A stretch of 63,660 nt of DNA, the filler included, from Licmophora abbreviata (Eukaryota), in NCBI GenBank assembly GCA_900291995.1. It is 14 parts of 14 records of this genome, joined end to end, with 100 filler letters (N's around TTAATTAATTAA, not from the genome) between each part and the next. Parts side by side here need not be neighbours in the genome. Positions count along the whole stretch, not along the records: positions 45,482 to 48,789 come from OLMU01004289.1; positions 48,890 to 50,470 come from OLMU01004290.1; positions 50,571 to 52,766 come from OLMU01004291.1; positions 52,867 to 54,789 come from OLMU01004292.1; positions 54,890 to 59,840 come from OLMU01004293.1; 9 more parts are not named here. One strand, written 5' to 3'. The notes beneath the pieces are model-generated. The model was not told the DNA's origin. It did no database searches and was given only the letters and a program-made list of their open reading frames with translations. Positions 45,609-57,140 of this stretch are shown in pieces (the stretch's first letter is position 1; each line of letters starts with the position of its first letter). The position numbers and the translations under genes were made by a program.

Positions 45609-46958
45609 ATGATGGTGAGGATGATGTCTCTTCGCCGCGGTTGCAGTTATTCAAGTCTACCGTCGTTCTTCAGCATGCGCCAAGGACAAAGTCGGTTCCT
45701 CTGGAGTGCTTGGATTTCGTGTGGTCTTCTTCTTCTTCTTCTTGGCTGCCCATTATTATTATTACCTGGCGGCGAGGCCTTTCCAGTCACTTCTCCCAAC
45801 ACGTGTACAGCCGTGTCGTCAAGAAGTCATCATGATGATAGGATCCTCATGCGGATGATCCAAAAAGAAAGACAGACTTCTCCAACACAACAGCAACTTC
45901 CTATGACAATTATCTCTCCCCCTGAATCCAGTATCCATCAGCAGAAGGACGGACACACATTAAAGACGTTGGCTCGTTGGTTCCTCGTTGCTTGTATCAT
46001 GACGACTTCCTTTGACACGCCTCCACTCCACACTGCACCACCGCAGTCCAATTTACTACTACGTCTGCAGCCACCGACCGCCATGGCGGCGACTCCAACC
46101 GCTACTACTACACTGAACATGCCACGGCCGACCACTCGACTCGTGGATCCTTCTCATGTCATTGACACCTACTACGCCCGCAGCATTCTTCAAGAGATTC
46201 AATCCGTCGAACACGACACCGGTACAGAAGTGCAAGTCCTCGTTGTAGACGAGATAGATGCGACGACGGGCACTCCCAAGAAGTTTGCCACTGCCCTCTT
46301 TAATACATGGAAGCTTGGATCCTTGGAAAAGAACAATGGCATCCTCGTACTGGTCGTGTTGGATCAGCGTCGGATTGAAGTGGAGGTGGGACGATCGCTC
46401 GATACGTACATGGATGCGGAATGGACAGTCGCTATGTTGGAACAAGAAGCCATTCCGTCATTTAAGGTCGAGCAGTATGGACAGGGTGTCTACAATACAG
46501 TGGCGAGTGTAGCGAATCGACTTCGTCAAGTAGATGATGATATTGTGAACAACAAGGTGACTACTGCCAGGCACAAGCAGCGACTGGATGGTAACGCTGT
46601 ACAATTGGGTCTGGCGGGTGGGATTGTTACAGTGTTAGCTCTAGGAAACATGTACGATCGAAGATATCCCATGGGCGATGTGGTTTGCAAACAATGTGGA
46701 GTCAACCAGTGGGAGGATCTGGGAGAAGAAGTTATTTTACGTGCAACGGATAAGAGAAAAGGAAAGAAACGACGAAACTGTGTCTGTCGAGAGTGTGGAT
46801 ATAAGGATGGCCGTACGCGTAGCATTCGAATGTATGATGGTAGAGAAAGGCGGGCCGATGGAAGGACGCGATACTACTACTATGGCGACGAAAGCAGCAG
46901 TTCTGACAGTGGTGGTGGTAGCTCCAGTGGGAGCGGTGGAGGCGGCGCGAGTTGGTAG
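45609..46958 (+). CDS. TPM (DUF477/YgcG/TLP18.3-like) domain protein with TM helix, Zn-ribbon and Gly-rich tail; probable plastid/thylakoid targeting
   Basis: GGEA-F presequence and AMA motif; FAT.LFN.WKLG..EKNNGILVLV….RRIEVEVG..L, P.FK…YGQG; CKQC…CVCREC; GGGSSSGSGGGGASW. Confidence 0.8.
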   Translation: MMVRMMSLRRGCSYSSLPSFFSMRQGQSRFLWSAWISCGLLLLLLGCPLLLLPGGEAFPVTSPNTCTAVSSRSHHDDRILMRMIQKERQTSPTQQQLPMTIISPPESSIHQQKDGHTLKTLARWFLVACIMTTSFDTPPLHTAPPQSNLLLRLQPPTAMAATPTATTTLNMPRPTTRLVDPSHVIDTYYARSILQEIQSVEHDTGTEVQVLVVDEIDATTGTPKKFATALFNTWKLGSLEKNNGILVLVVLDQRRIEVEVGRSLDTYMDAEWTVAMLEQEAIPSFKVEQYGQGVYNTVASVANRLRQVDDDIVNNKVTTARHKQRLDGNAVQLGLAGGIVTVLALGNMYDRRYPMGDVVCKQCGVNQWEDLGEEVILRATDKRKGKKRRNCVCRECGYKDGRTRSIRMYDGRERRADGRTRYYYYGDESSSSDSGGGSSSGSGGGGASW

Positions 46959-47356
46959 ATAAACTACTTTCTCTCCTAGAGAGCTGTTTTGGCTACCTGC
47001 CCTTGCAGCGCTCGTGGTACGATATGCAAGTGATGATCGTGTGCAATGTTCAATGTTGATGCCTGCCTTTCCCATTGCGCTTGCGATTCGATTCATTCGA
47101 CTCGTCCGTCATGTGTGCCCCACCGTCCGTACGCGCGCTGGTGGGGGAAGAAAACAAGAAAACAGTTCCCGCCAAGAAAAAATGAATGAATGAATGAATG
47201 TAGACATCATCAGCAACACAGTTAGACTACTCGTATACACTTTGTTTTCGCGACCTCGTTTCGTTCCGTTTGAAGTAGTCGAAGGTTCTTTGGAAAGTGC
47301 AGGCAGAGTCAACAGAGAAACGAAGGATATTCCTCAAGTCTTCTTCGTCCAGCAGC

Positions 47357-48174
47357 ATGACTTCTACTGCTAGCATCCCCGAGTCGACCGATGTGACTCA
47401 TACCAGTACTACTGTTACTACTGCGAGTCGAGGTGACGCCGTCATGTTGTCTCCCAGCATTGCCGATCAAGTCGCAGTGGGGACCAACAAGATTCTCGAG
47501 AGTCCGCATGTGAGCGAAGGTCCTGGAAGGATCGCTTCGGCGCCCGTCCCGTCTGTCTTTTACGACGATCGTGGGGAAATTCATCGTCTTCGTGTTGGTG
47601 GCAAGGTGAGTTTTCTTTTAAGATTTCATGTGAATTGAGAAATTCTCTTTTTTTTCATGTTCCACACCACCACTCACACATCATCACTATACTATATATA
47701 TAATAGCGCATAAACCTTACTCACTCCAAAGCCAAAGTCATGCGAAGCGGTTACATTCACCCCAACGAAATGCGTCACTTTGTGGTATCTGGAAAGGTGG
47801 AAGTGTGGAAATTGACCGAAACCGAGACGGTCAAGGTCGTGTACCATGAATCCCAGTACTTTTCCGTCCCACCCTTTACGCCTCATATTTTGCACTTTTT
47901 GAACGATACAGTCCTCATGGAATGGTGGGAGGGAGACTTTCGATGTTACTACTATCATCCCTACCGGCATGTGATGGATGTGCAGAATAGTATTGTGTGT
48001 ACGTCCACGGGTCAGATGATGCGTCTGGTGCCGCAGGACCACATCATGACGGAAGGGGGGGAGGACGAGGTGCTCAATAGTGCGTTTGGGAAACTCTTGT
48101 GGTGGATGGCGGGAGTTGTCATGGGGAGTGTTGCGGTGAGCATGTTCGTAGGGCGTGGTAGTTCTAGAAAGTAG
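47357..48174 (+). CDS. RmlC-like cupin protein with C-terminal membrane anchor, 2 exons
   Basis: Intron 47606-47706. DDRGEIH, RSGYIH…FVVSGKV, VPPFTPH..HF; C-terminal hydrophobic helix followed by SSRK. Confidence 0.65.
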
Positions 48175-48373
48175 ATCTTTCAAGTCTAGAGTATGAAAGT
48201 GGTCATGATGATGCAAACAGAAGATGCGATCATATATCGGGCACGGTCGCTGGATGTCCAGAGTTCAGATCAAGCGAAGCACCGTACGACACTACCCAAT
48301 GAGTCTTACTAGCTTTCATTCGTAGAATAACTGGAAGCTATCGACAGGAATCTTTAGATTTTCAAAAGATGAT

Positions 48374-50159
48374 TTACTCTACAGGAGTTGCATACCACGA
48401 GGTCCATTCGTACTCCTCCAGCACACGCTGTGCCCTTTTGCACCACTCCTGCAGGAGTGGGACCGTCACACCGGTACTCTGTAGCGAAGGCGCACTGCTC
48501 CACAGAATGTCTGGCATTTGCTTCCAGTTGCTCAAGTCCTTCAGTGTGCCTGTACGGGCTTCGTCACGCAAGAGTGTCACCGCATCGACATTGCCGTCGC
48601 AGACTTCCACCATGATTTCGTCGAGACTCTCCTGCTGAGCCCGTGTCAGCCACTGTTCTACTTTTGGAATAAGAATGACGTGAGAGTTGCTAAGAGTCGC
48701 AGCGAGCTGTGAGGCGTCAGCATTGGCCAGTTCGCGCCAGTTGTGGATCCCAGCATTGGATATAAGTTGATCTCCGTACTCTTCATAGTNNNNNNNNNNN
48801 NNNNNNNNNNNNNNNNNNNNNNNNNNNNNNNNNTTAATTAATTAANNNNNNNNNNNNNNNNNNNNNNNNNNNNNNNNNNNNNNNNNNNNGGCCGTCACTT
48901 CGTGCCGCTGCAGCTCGTGCCGCTCGTTCCCGTCGCCTGGACATATCGTGGTGATGCAACTGTTCCATGGCATGTTCGACAGCCTCGACTGCTTCTTGGG
49001 CTGCAGCTGTATTGGGTGCCTCGTCTTGTTGTTGTTGCTTTTGTCGTTGATTCTCTAGAGCCTTTTCGGATAGCTTCATCGGTCGTCTCTTGAGATACGA
49101 CCAGTCCAGGTCAGGCAGGAGCAGCGATAGCGCTTCGTCGGTACTAGTCACAGTAGTGTACAATCGCACCAGATTCCAATATACCCGAGGCGACTGGTAC
49201 GCAAGCGCTGCAGGTCGCAGTAAATCTCGCTGTTCCGAATGATAAATCGCTGAAATGACTGCTTTCAAGGCGTCCGCTTCAATGCACTCGATTGATTCCT
49301 CAAACACCCCCCGGCCTTGAACACCCTTGCTGTAGTAGACCGTTATGATTGAGTCACTCGTCGAGATAATCTCATACTGATGAGACTGTACAGCCGCAAC
49401 CTTTGCAATCGCCTTACTTTCATCGTAGGCATGACTGACAGAATTCCTCATGGCGCTTCGTAATATCTGTGATACCTTGGTCGTGTTTCCAGACAGTGCA
49501 CCCATGAGGGCAAAGGAAATATCTTCCGTCGAGGACAATGATTTTGCTGTACTGCTCTTTCGTTTTGTCGGCTTTGCTGGCGTGACGACATCCCCGTCGG
49601 CGAGGCGTCGTCCCGGACCAGGCAGTACTGCGGTAGTACGCTTCCGCTTAGACGCAGTGTTGTTATTATTGCTGGGATGACCGCCCCTGGTACTCCGGGA
49701 TTTCTGTTTGTTGGGCTGCACCATAAGTTCATCTTGAGCTTGAATCACATCGACAAAGGCATCTGACGCAGCCTTGGCTGCCGCTCGCTGCGGTCGTCCT
49801 CGTCCTCCCGCAGTGTCATCGATTGAGGTACTAGTAGTAGTAACAGTACTGCTGGCAGACGTACCGGAATTGGATTTCTTCGCCGGGCTTTTGTTTTTCT
49901 TCTTTTTCTTGCCGCTATCATCTTTCAAGACTACTACGTTGATACGATCCATAGTCCGTACGATATCCTCCAGCGGAACGGATGTCGATTCTAGGGCCTT
50001 GGGTGGAAATCCATGCTGCAGCACAATCGCGGCGTCCAGTTTCAGCGTGTCTCGCGCCAAGGCGTACAGCTCTGCAACGGTTGCCTTGCCACTCATAGAT
50101 ACCACGTGACGAGACTTGCCTGAGCAGGACAAACAGAGTTGTAAGGGAGAAGACGTCAT
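48374..50159 (-). CDS. Hypothetical protein with N-terminal ubiquitin-like (OTU1/UBX-like GFPP) domain, spanning linker 48790-48889
   Basis: ATV.EL…LQHGFPPKAL….L…..D.I.V, basic linker, helical C-terminal part. Frame continues left of the linker (YEEYG…GIHNWRELAN…EIMVEVCD) to the stop at 48374. Confidence 0.65.
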
Positions 50160-52866
50160 GGTGTCGCTCGTTTGCTGTGTCGCCGGTGTCTCTCTTGAGA
50201 CTGTGACTGTGATTTGACAAAACAAACGGCGAAAACGCGCGGGGCCCGAAGTACGCGACTCACTCGACTCTTGCCAGCCTCTACCGGTTTACCGGCAAAC
50301 GGGGGCGCCGTCGGCGTTGCTGTACCATGGTCCTTTACACGACCGAACGATCTTTTCCACACACAACGAAAAGACTCACTCACGCGTACGAACTAGGGGT
50401 AAGAGTGTACAGAAAAAAGTGTGTTCATGCAATGAGTACATTCTTGTTATTAAATTTTAATTACAATTGGNNNNNNNNNNNNNNNNNNNNNNNNNNNNNN
50501 NNNNNNNNNNNNNNTTAATTAATTAANNNNNNNNNNNNNNNNNNNNNNNNNNNNNNNNNNNNNNNNNNNNGGGGCAAGCGTTTTCCTCGGTGGGAGAAGA
50601 GATGAGTAAGGCTATATCAATCTAACCAGTGCAATTTCCTCGTCACGCAAATTGTGAGCGGAGTTTGCAAATTTTTGCGTCGAGGACCAGTTGAAGTTCA
50701 AATTGAAGTCATAGACATTTTCCAGCGTTCATTGTATTAAAATAGAATATAAAGCATACTGTGGTCAATCCATCGCACTCTAGAGATTCCTTGACTTCAC
50801 AGTTGAAGTACCAGGTTCATCCCGTGATGCTATCATACAACAACAATGTACCGGTACCGCTTCAACAACAACATCAGCAGTAACAGCAACAACGGTACGG
50901 TATCATAACAGGTTCGTGTATTTTACGATTACAAAAGTGTGTGAAAGTTGAAGGACACAAGGTACAGTGCCAGCTCAGTTACTGTACCTTGTACGACCGT
51001 TTATGTCTGCGGTTCCTCGTCGTATCTGTCACTGACTTCAGTGAACTGCCTGTTGTCGGTTGCCCATGGTTATGTTGTGAAGTCGATCGGCGGTTGACGA
51101 GGGTCTTTGGCCTGCTACCATCTATCATACCTTTGCGGGAGGGGGAGGGGCGCAGCCAGGTCATAGCGGTCAGCGGGTGGAGCCACGTTGTGGCGTCTTC
51201 TTTGCCGGGGAGTGAATGAGTCAGGGCCCCGACCGCGGGTCTCTGTTCCCGCCATGCCGAAGCTGCCCCCCGGGCAAATCGTGAGGTGTGGGTGTCTATC
51301 GTTCCCCGCCAGAGGAGGGATTCACGATGACGAGGTTCATGCTGGACTTCGGTTTGCGAAGCAACTTTTCGGCAAACGTTCCTCCTAGTGCTTGCGTCAG
51401 GTCCTTTTGGGCGTGGCGATCGGATCATTTTTCCGGGATACGTTGCGCCTGGCAGCCGACTTCTTGTCAGGTGTGCACATGGATACAGCACTTTGTTCCT
51501 GTCGTGGTAGCAGGGACTGCGTAGATTTGAACTGTATCGGTCACAGGTTGTGTTTCGCAAGTGCTGGTGTTGTCGCTATACGATGACATCCGCGTGTCTT
51601 GGCGATTGCTGGCCTGCAAGCGGGAGCGATCGTCGTCGCCGCGGCGATTGGATTGGCATCGCAGGCACGATCGCCTTTAATCAGTCCTTCTATTTTCTGT
51701 GAGGGAGGGAGCTCGTTTCGCTCCGGAGCTCCCGAATGCATGGCACCATCGGCGCAGCTGCTTGTTCATACTGTTGCAGTGCGCCATCAATTCGGCATGT
51801 ATCATGTATCTGCGTGCGCCTGGGCCACTAACGAGATGGACCCACCCATAGCGATCCTCGTCTCTTTCAAGGCAGAAGACCTGCCTGCTCTGTTGTTAAA
51901 CCTGATGTGCCGATTGAATCTTTCTCCTGCCGATGGCCCGATGCCGCCATCTGGCTGGCAGTGGTGGACTCTGGGAGCTTAGCTACGTTCGCATGAGTGT
52001 TCTTTCGTCATGATCATCGAGCGTGTTTCCTGTTGTCCGAGCAACATGGGCACAAGGCAGATAGGCTTCTGGGTCTTTCTCTGTTGCCATTTCGGACATA
52101 TTTTAGGTGCTCCCGGGCGGTCCCCGTTTGCCCCTATACAGTACCGGTTCGTGCATTGAGATATGACCCCTGAACTGGTGCCACAGTGGGCGATAAGCTG
52201 GATTCATCTGTGAATGGTACGTGTTCCGGTCAGAGTTTCACACGGCGCTGTAGAGCGACTGCGTCGAGTCACCTCGTCTACTTCTACTTAAGCGGTGTCG
52301 CTCTGTTGGATCCGGCTGTGTCATTGGTTTGTTGTGTCGCGGGTATGATGGAAAACAATACCAGCTGTTTTCGCCTCAATCGTCTGACTACTCGTACGCC
52401 CAAAGGGAGAGCGAGAACGGTACCCTGCGCCACGTGCGCTTGAAAATACGCTTGTTGACAATCTCTGGGCGGGGGCCATGCGTCACGACCATTCCCGGAT
52501 ACTGCTGGGTACATGAAGTTGCATGCTATTAACGCCGGTTGCCCAATGACGAGTCGCCTGTAGATTCGTTAGTGACAGTCCCTCTAGTTAGCTCACTGTT
52601 GACTGCCATTCGTTTGATGGCATTGGGCGATGACCTTCGTATGTATGTTCGATCGAATCACCCTACCCGTATTCTTTTTCGGTTCCCTTTTCGTTTTTGA
52701 CCGAAATAATACTGAACCCTCTGTAGAGCGCTCCGAACAGTCTTACGTGTTTCCGAAAAAATAAAANNNNNNNNNNNNNNNNNNNNNNNNNNNNNNNNNN
52801 NNNNNNNNNNTTAATTAATTAANNNNNNNNNNNNNNNNNNNNNNNNNNNNNNNNNNNNNNNNNNNN

Positions 52867-54789
52867 GTACGATCCCAATGTGACGAACAGCGATCTTGTC
52901 CCGGAAGCCGGGAAGGTCAAGCTCGACAAGGCTGAGCCCTGGGGCCGAGGCATCATCCTCGACTTCAAGCGTACGATCGGCACTCACTGGTTTTCGGAGA
53001 TGAAGAACTTGAACCAAAAGACTGTGGCCGTCACGCTCCTTCTTTTCATCTCTGTGATCTCGCCTACTCTTGCCTTCGGAGCGGCTTACGGTAAAGCAAC
53101 CAACAACTACGTCGGTGCCATCGAGACGATCTTGGCCACATCGTATGTCGGCATGGCGTATGCCCTCATCGGAGGAATGCCCATGGTACGTCACTCGCTT
53201 CGGACTGTCAGCTTCGACCACTCTTGACCCTTGACACGCCCACTCACATCGATCGATTCTCTCCTTTTTTTTTTTTCTCTCTCTCTCTCTCTCTCTCAGT
53301 GCATTGTTGGTTCAACCGGTCCGATTCTGGCCGTGTCCACGGCCATGGCAGACTTGGCGGACTCCTTCGACGTGCCCTACCTCACCTTCAACGCATGGGT
53401 CAGTCTGTGGCTCTTGTTTTACATTTGCGTGACGACTTTCTTCGACTTGACCCGCTACGTGAAGCTGGCAACCCGCTTTACCGACGACATCTTCGCGTTC
53501 TTGATCGTGACGATCTTCATCTTCGACGCTATCGGCGACCCGTTCTCCAACTCTGGTCTGTTGCGCTACCTGAACCCTGACCACCCGTCTCACGAAGACT
53601 TCGAGGGCGACGAGAACTACAGCTTCTGGGCGACTGGTTTCCTTAGTGTGATCCTGGGCTTCGGCACGACGTGGCTGATCTTCTTCCTTCGCGGCTACAA
53701 GAGCTCTACGTTCTTTTGCAACAAGGGCGTGCGAGAGTCCATCTTCGACTTCTCCGTGTTTCTGTCTGTTGTTGTGTTCGTGCTGGTCGACCAGCTGATC
53801 TTCGACGAGATCGAGACGGAGGGCCTGAACGTGCCCGAGAAGTTTGAGCCGACCTTCCAGTGCTGTGACTCCAGCTGCAAGACATACTTCCCGGACGACT
53901 GTTTGGATCAGACCGCGTCGGCTGGAACTCGTCCGTGGCTGGTAGACCTGGGTGATTTGAACGGCAAGACGTGGGTGATCTTTGGTGCTGCCGGTCCTGC
54001 CCTCCTTGCGTTCCTCGCCTGCTACCTCGACAACGGCATCACATGGTAAGTTCTCACTAAGCGACGATGGTGTTGGCTGGCACGATGGCGAACCCATACT
54101 ATCTCGGATCATTGACTGACAGCTGCTTCCTCGTGTACTCTTTTCCTACTTGCACAGGCATCTGATCATCAACCCGAACCACAAGCTGCAGAGTGGAGAA
54201 GCGTACAACTACGACTTGCTCTTGAACGGCATCTTCAACTGTGTGAACGGCATGTTGGGACTTCCGTGGCTCGTGGCCACCACTGTGCCGTGTATCATTC
54301 ACCTGAACTCGCTGGCCTCCAAGGACAAGGACGGCAAGTTCTTGTACGTCCAGGAGACTCGGCTGACGGGTTTCTTCGCGCACTTGATCATGGCTCTGTC
54401 GATCTTGGCGCTGGACGCGCTCGCTCTGATTCCCGTTCCGGTGCTTCTGGGAGTGTTTTTGTTCATGGGTCTGTCGTCGCTGCCTGGCATTCAGTTCTGG
54501 CAGCGCATTCTGCAGTTCTTCCGTCAGCCCAGCTTGTACCCCGACACGCCGTACAACAAGTACATGAAGGCGGCTCGCGTGCACAAGTACACGCTGTTCC
54601 AGCTCCTGTTTTTTGGCGGAGTGTTTGTGGTGCAGAACATCAAGACAATTTCGATTGGCTTCCCGTTCATGACTTTGTTGTGTATTCCGGGGCGTCTGTT
54701 TTTGCTGCCGCGCTTCTTCAAGGGCTGGGAGCTGTTGTTGTTGGACGGCGAGGACACAAAGATCGACCAATGGGTGTCGCTCAAGGAAT
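52867..54789 (+). CDS. SLC4: SLC4-family bicarbonate transporter (diatom SLC4-type), 3 exons, truncated at both ends
   Basis: Introns 53186-53299 and 54046-54157. SPTLAFG, GGMPM|CIVGSTGP, TRFTDDIFA, YLDNGIT, GLPWLVATTV, VQETRLTG, PVLLGVFLFMG. Confidence 0.92.
53263..53297. repeat. poly-T + (CT)n polypyrimidine microsatellite in SLC4 intron
   Basis: T-run followed by about 11 CT units immediately before the CAG acceptor. Confidence 0.8.
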
Positions 54790-54889
54790 NNNNNNNNNNN
54801 NNNNNNNNNNNNNNNNNNNNNNNNNNNNNNNNNTTAATTAATTAANNNNNNNNNNNNNNNNNNNNNNNNNNNNNNNNNNNNNNNNNNNN

Positions 54890-55853
54890 AGGAAAGGGCA
54901 TGCCCTTCCTGTGTCAAGGACGAAAACGTTCTCCGAAAGTAAATGAGACTGTTCAGAGCACCCTGCAGCGGGGTTAGTAATTTGGTCAAAAAGCCAAAGG
55001 CAAAAAGCAGGCTTCTTCGATCAGAATTGAAGTCATCGCCCAACGACATCAAACACACGACAGGGCAGTAGACGACAAAGAAGGCAAAGATGTACCACAA
55101 CGCTTGGACACCAGTTTGTTTCGTTCGTACGAGTGCCATGTTTTCACCTCCGGCATAGTTGCGGAGTCTCCTTTCCGTGTGCCGTACTCGGAGTACTAGG
55201 AGTATCATACAGATGACTATTCCTCCCCAAAGAAAAGCAATGATAACAGCCAAAGCCAACTGATTGATTCCGCTATACCGAAGACACAGACCCCCGTCCC
55301 TCGCGCACCCTGATGGATACTCGTTCGGCCAACACCAGCCCGGGAGCTGTTCCATCGCGTTCACCCAGTCGTTCGCTACCGCCACGGAAGCAATCGATAG
55401 CGGAAACGCAATAGATATGAAATGTCCCACCGGCTATATCCATCGACGAATCCATTTCTCAGACCATTCAAACCGAACGCAGAGCAAAAAGTAAAGTGCA
55501 AGAAAGAAGGAGTACCACATGGTGCCCAAGATCAAGAGAAGAAAAAAGCCGGCGCACTGGCAAGTAGCAAACGTCCCTCTTGCCCCTGGCACGTAGTCCA
55601 CTTGTTCCGGAACAGCCCAATGTCCCAATACAATCGCTCCCATACTGTTAAGAAAATCCATAGTACTCAGACCCAAAATAAGTCGATGATAGACTTTCTG
55701 CATTCGCTTGACTTGCCGGTCGGTCAAGATGACAAAGAGAATGAGGCCAGAGCCGAATGCTGAAAGCGTGGCAGCAAGGTAAGGAACAGTCACTAGCGCA
55801 ATCTGCTGTGACTTGGAGTAGAGAGGCTCTTCAATCAATGCTGCGGGGTCCAT
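54890..55853 (-). pseudogene. 7TM GPCR-like gene (cAMP-receptor/Git3-like) with in-frame TAG at 55436-55434; 3'-truncated
   Basis: ORFs 55853-55434 and 55430-54890 are in the same frame. LSAFGS..I, YHRLILGLS..D, G…TC…GF, GWCW, QALWY, PLQG.LN.LIY.R. Confidence 0.7.
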
Positions 55854-56274
55854 GATGGCGAAGGTCTATCTGGAGGAGGCGGTGTTACAACCACGATGGT
55901 CTCGGAAGTGCGCATCTCTAGAAATTTACACTGCTCTTTTGATTTTGTATTTTGTATTTTGGGCAATGTCGACCCGACTCGTTTGACTCATTGAATCGAA
56001 TCATGGTCCATCCGCCTGCCGGAGGCCATCCAAAATGTTTCGACTCATTCGACTTGAATCAAATCTCTGAGTGTCTTCATTGTCTGACAGATTGATGAAT
56101 ACTGGAATGTAGTGCACGTCTGGATATGCCAACAGAATATTGATCGCCGGCTGTGCGCCTCTCAGTCGGAGGACGGAGGCACCATGATGACAGCAGCGGC
56201 ACTGTCGCTCTGCCTTGCGTCGAGACCCTCTTCCATTCGCTTCCTTCTCCTTCACTGCAGTAGACTTTCCTACT

Positions 56275-56820
56275 ATGGACTTGTTTCTCATTCAGTATCT
56301 TCGCGCAGAAGCAGATTTGGCAGACGACAAGGCCCGTCGTCTCCGCGCCCAAGCCGACGCCCTCGTCGACGAGTACGGCGACTTGCCTCCCAACTTTGAA
56401 CTGGGCGTCGCCGAATTGCCTCCGGTCGACGAACACGGCGTTCCGAAATACAACGGGCGCAAGCGAGGTCGCAAGAAGAAGCAGCGCAAGCGTCGTCATG
56501 ATCCCTCGCGGCCGAAGCGACAGCATACGGCCTATACGCTCTTTGTGCAGGAAACATATCCTAACGTCAAGGCGCAGTATCAGGCCACCAATACGGCAGT
56601 CAAGAGTAATGAGCTTATCTCTGTTGTGGCGCGTCAGTGGGGTGCGTTGAGTCCGGAAGAGAAGGAAGATTGGAAACAGCGTGCCTTGGCGACTGCCATT
56701 CTCGATGAAGAAGCGGAACAACAGGAAGACGATGAGGAAGATGACGAAGAAGATGCACTTGACGAAGAGGACGAAGAAGACTATGACCGGAAGAAGCGCG
56801 GCCGTCCCAGGAAGAAGTAA
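56275..56820 (+). CDS. HMG-box protein with acidic tail and terminal AT-hook-like motif
   Basis: DPSRPKRQHTAYTLFV…VARQWGALSPEEKEDWK; D/E tract; KKRGRPRKK. Confidence 0.88.
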   Translation: MDLFLIQYLRAEADLADDKARRLRAQADALVDEYGDLPPNFELGVAELPPVDEHGVPKYNGRKRGRKKKQRKRRHDPSRPKRQHTAYTLFVQETYPNVKAQYQATNTAVKSNELISVVARQWGALSPEEKEDWKQRALATAILDEEAEQQEDDEEDDEEDALDEEDEEDYDRKKRGRPRKK

Positions 56821-57140
56821 AGAGTATTCTCGGCATCGTCAGACGAATGTGAAGGACGGACAAGCGATTGGGCAGGAGGGGGTAGGGTCCACCATGTCGT
56901 CTTGGTGAATGTAATTCCGTTGAATCGAGAGGATTCGGAACTTGTGAACGCGGTGGACAAGATGTACCACTGGGAGGATGTTCTGTCGTAGCGCTTCCTT
57001 ACAATATTAATGCTGTTGCTGTAGTCGTCAGTGGCTGAATTCTTTTCTTCTTACGACGAACTTCCCGCAATCATCACAGTCCGACCCAGTTTTGGAACAC
57101 TGGAGCATCGCTAGTCAAGCCATCGATGCACCTTATACCG

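Noticed and set aside
50979..51560. 193-aa ORF as a transposon protein
   Set aside because: No RT, integrase or transposase motifs, and no terminal repeats seen.
55434..55436. Stop-codon reassignment or readthrough
   Set aside because: TAG terminates other genes here (cullin, FNR-like, TPM), so this is an isolated lesion or error.
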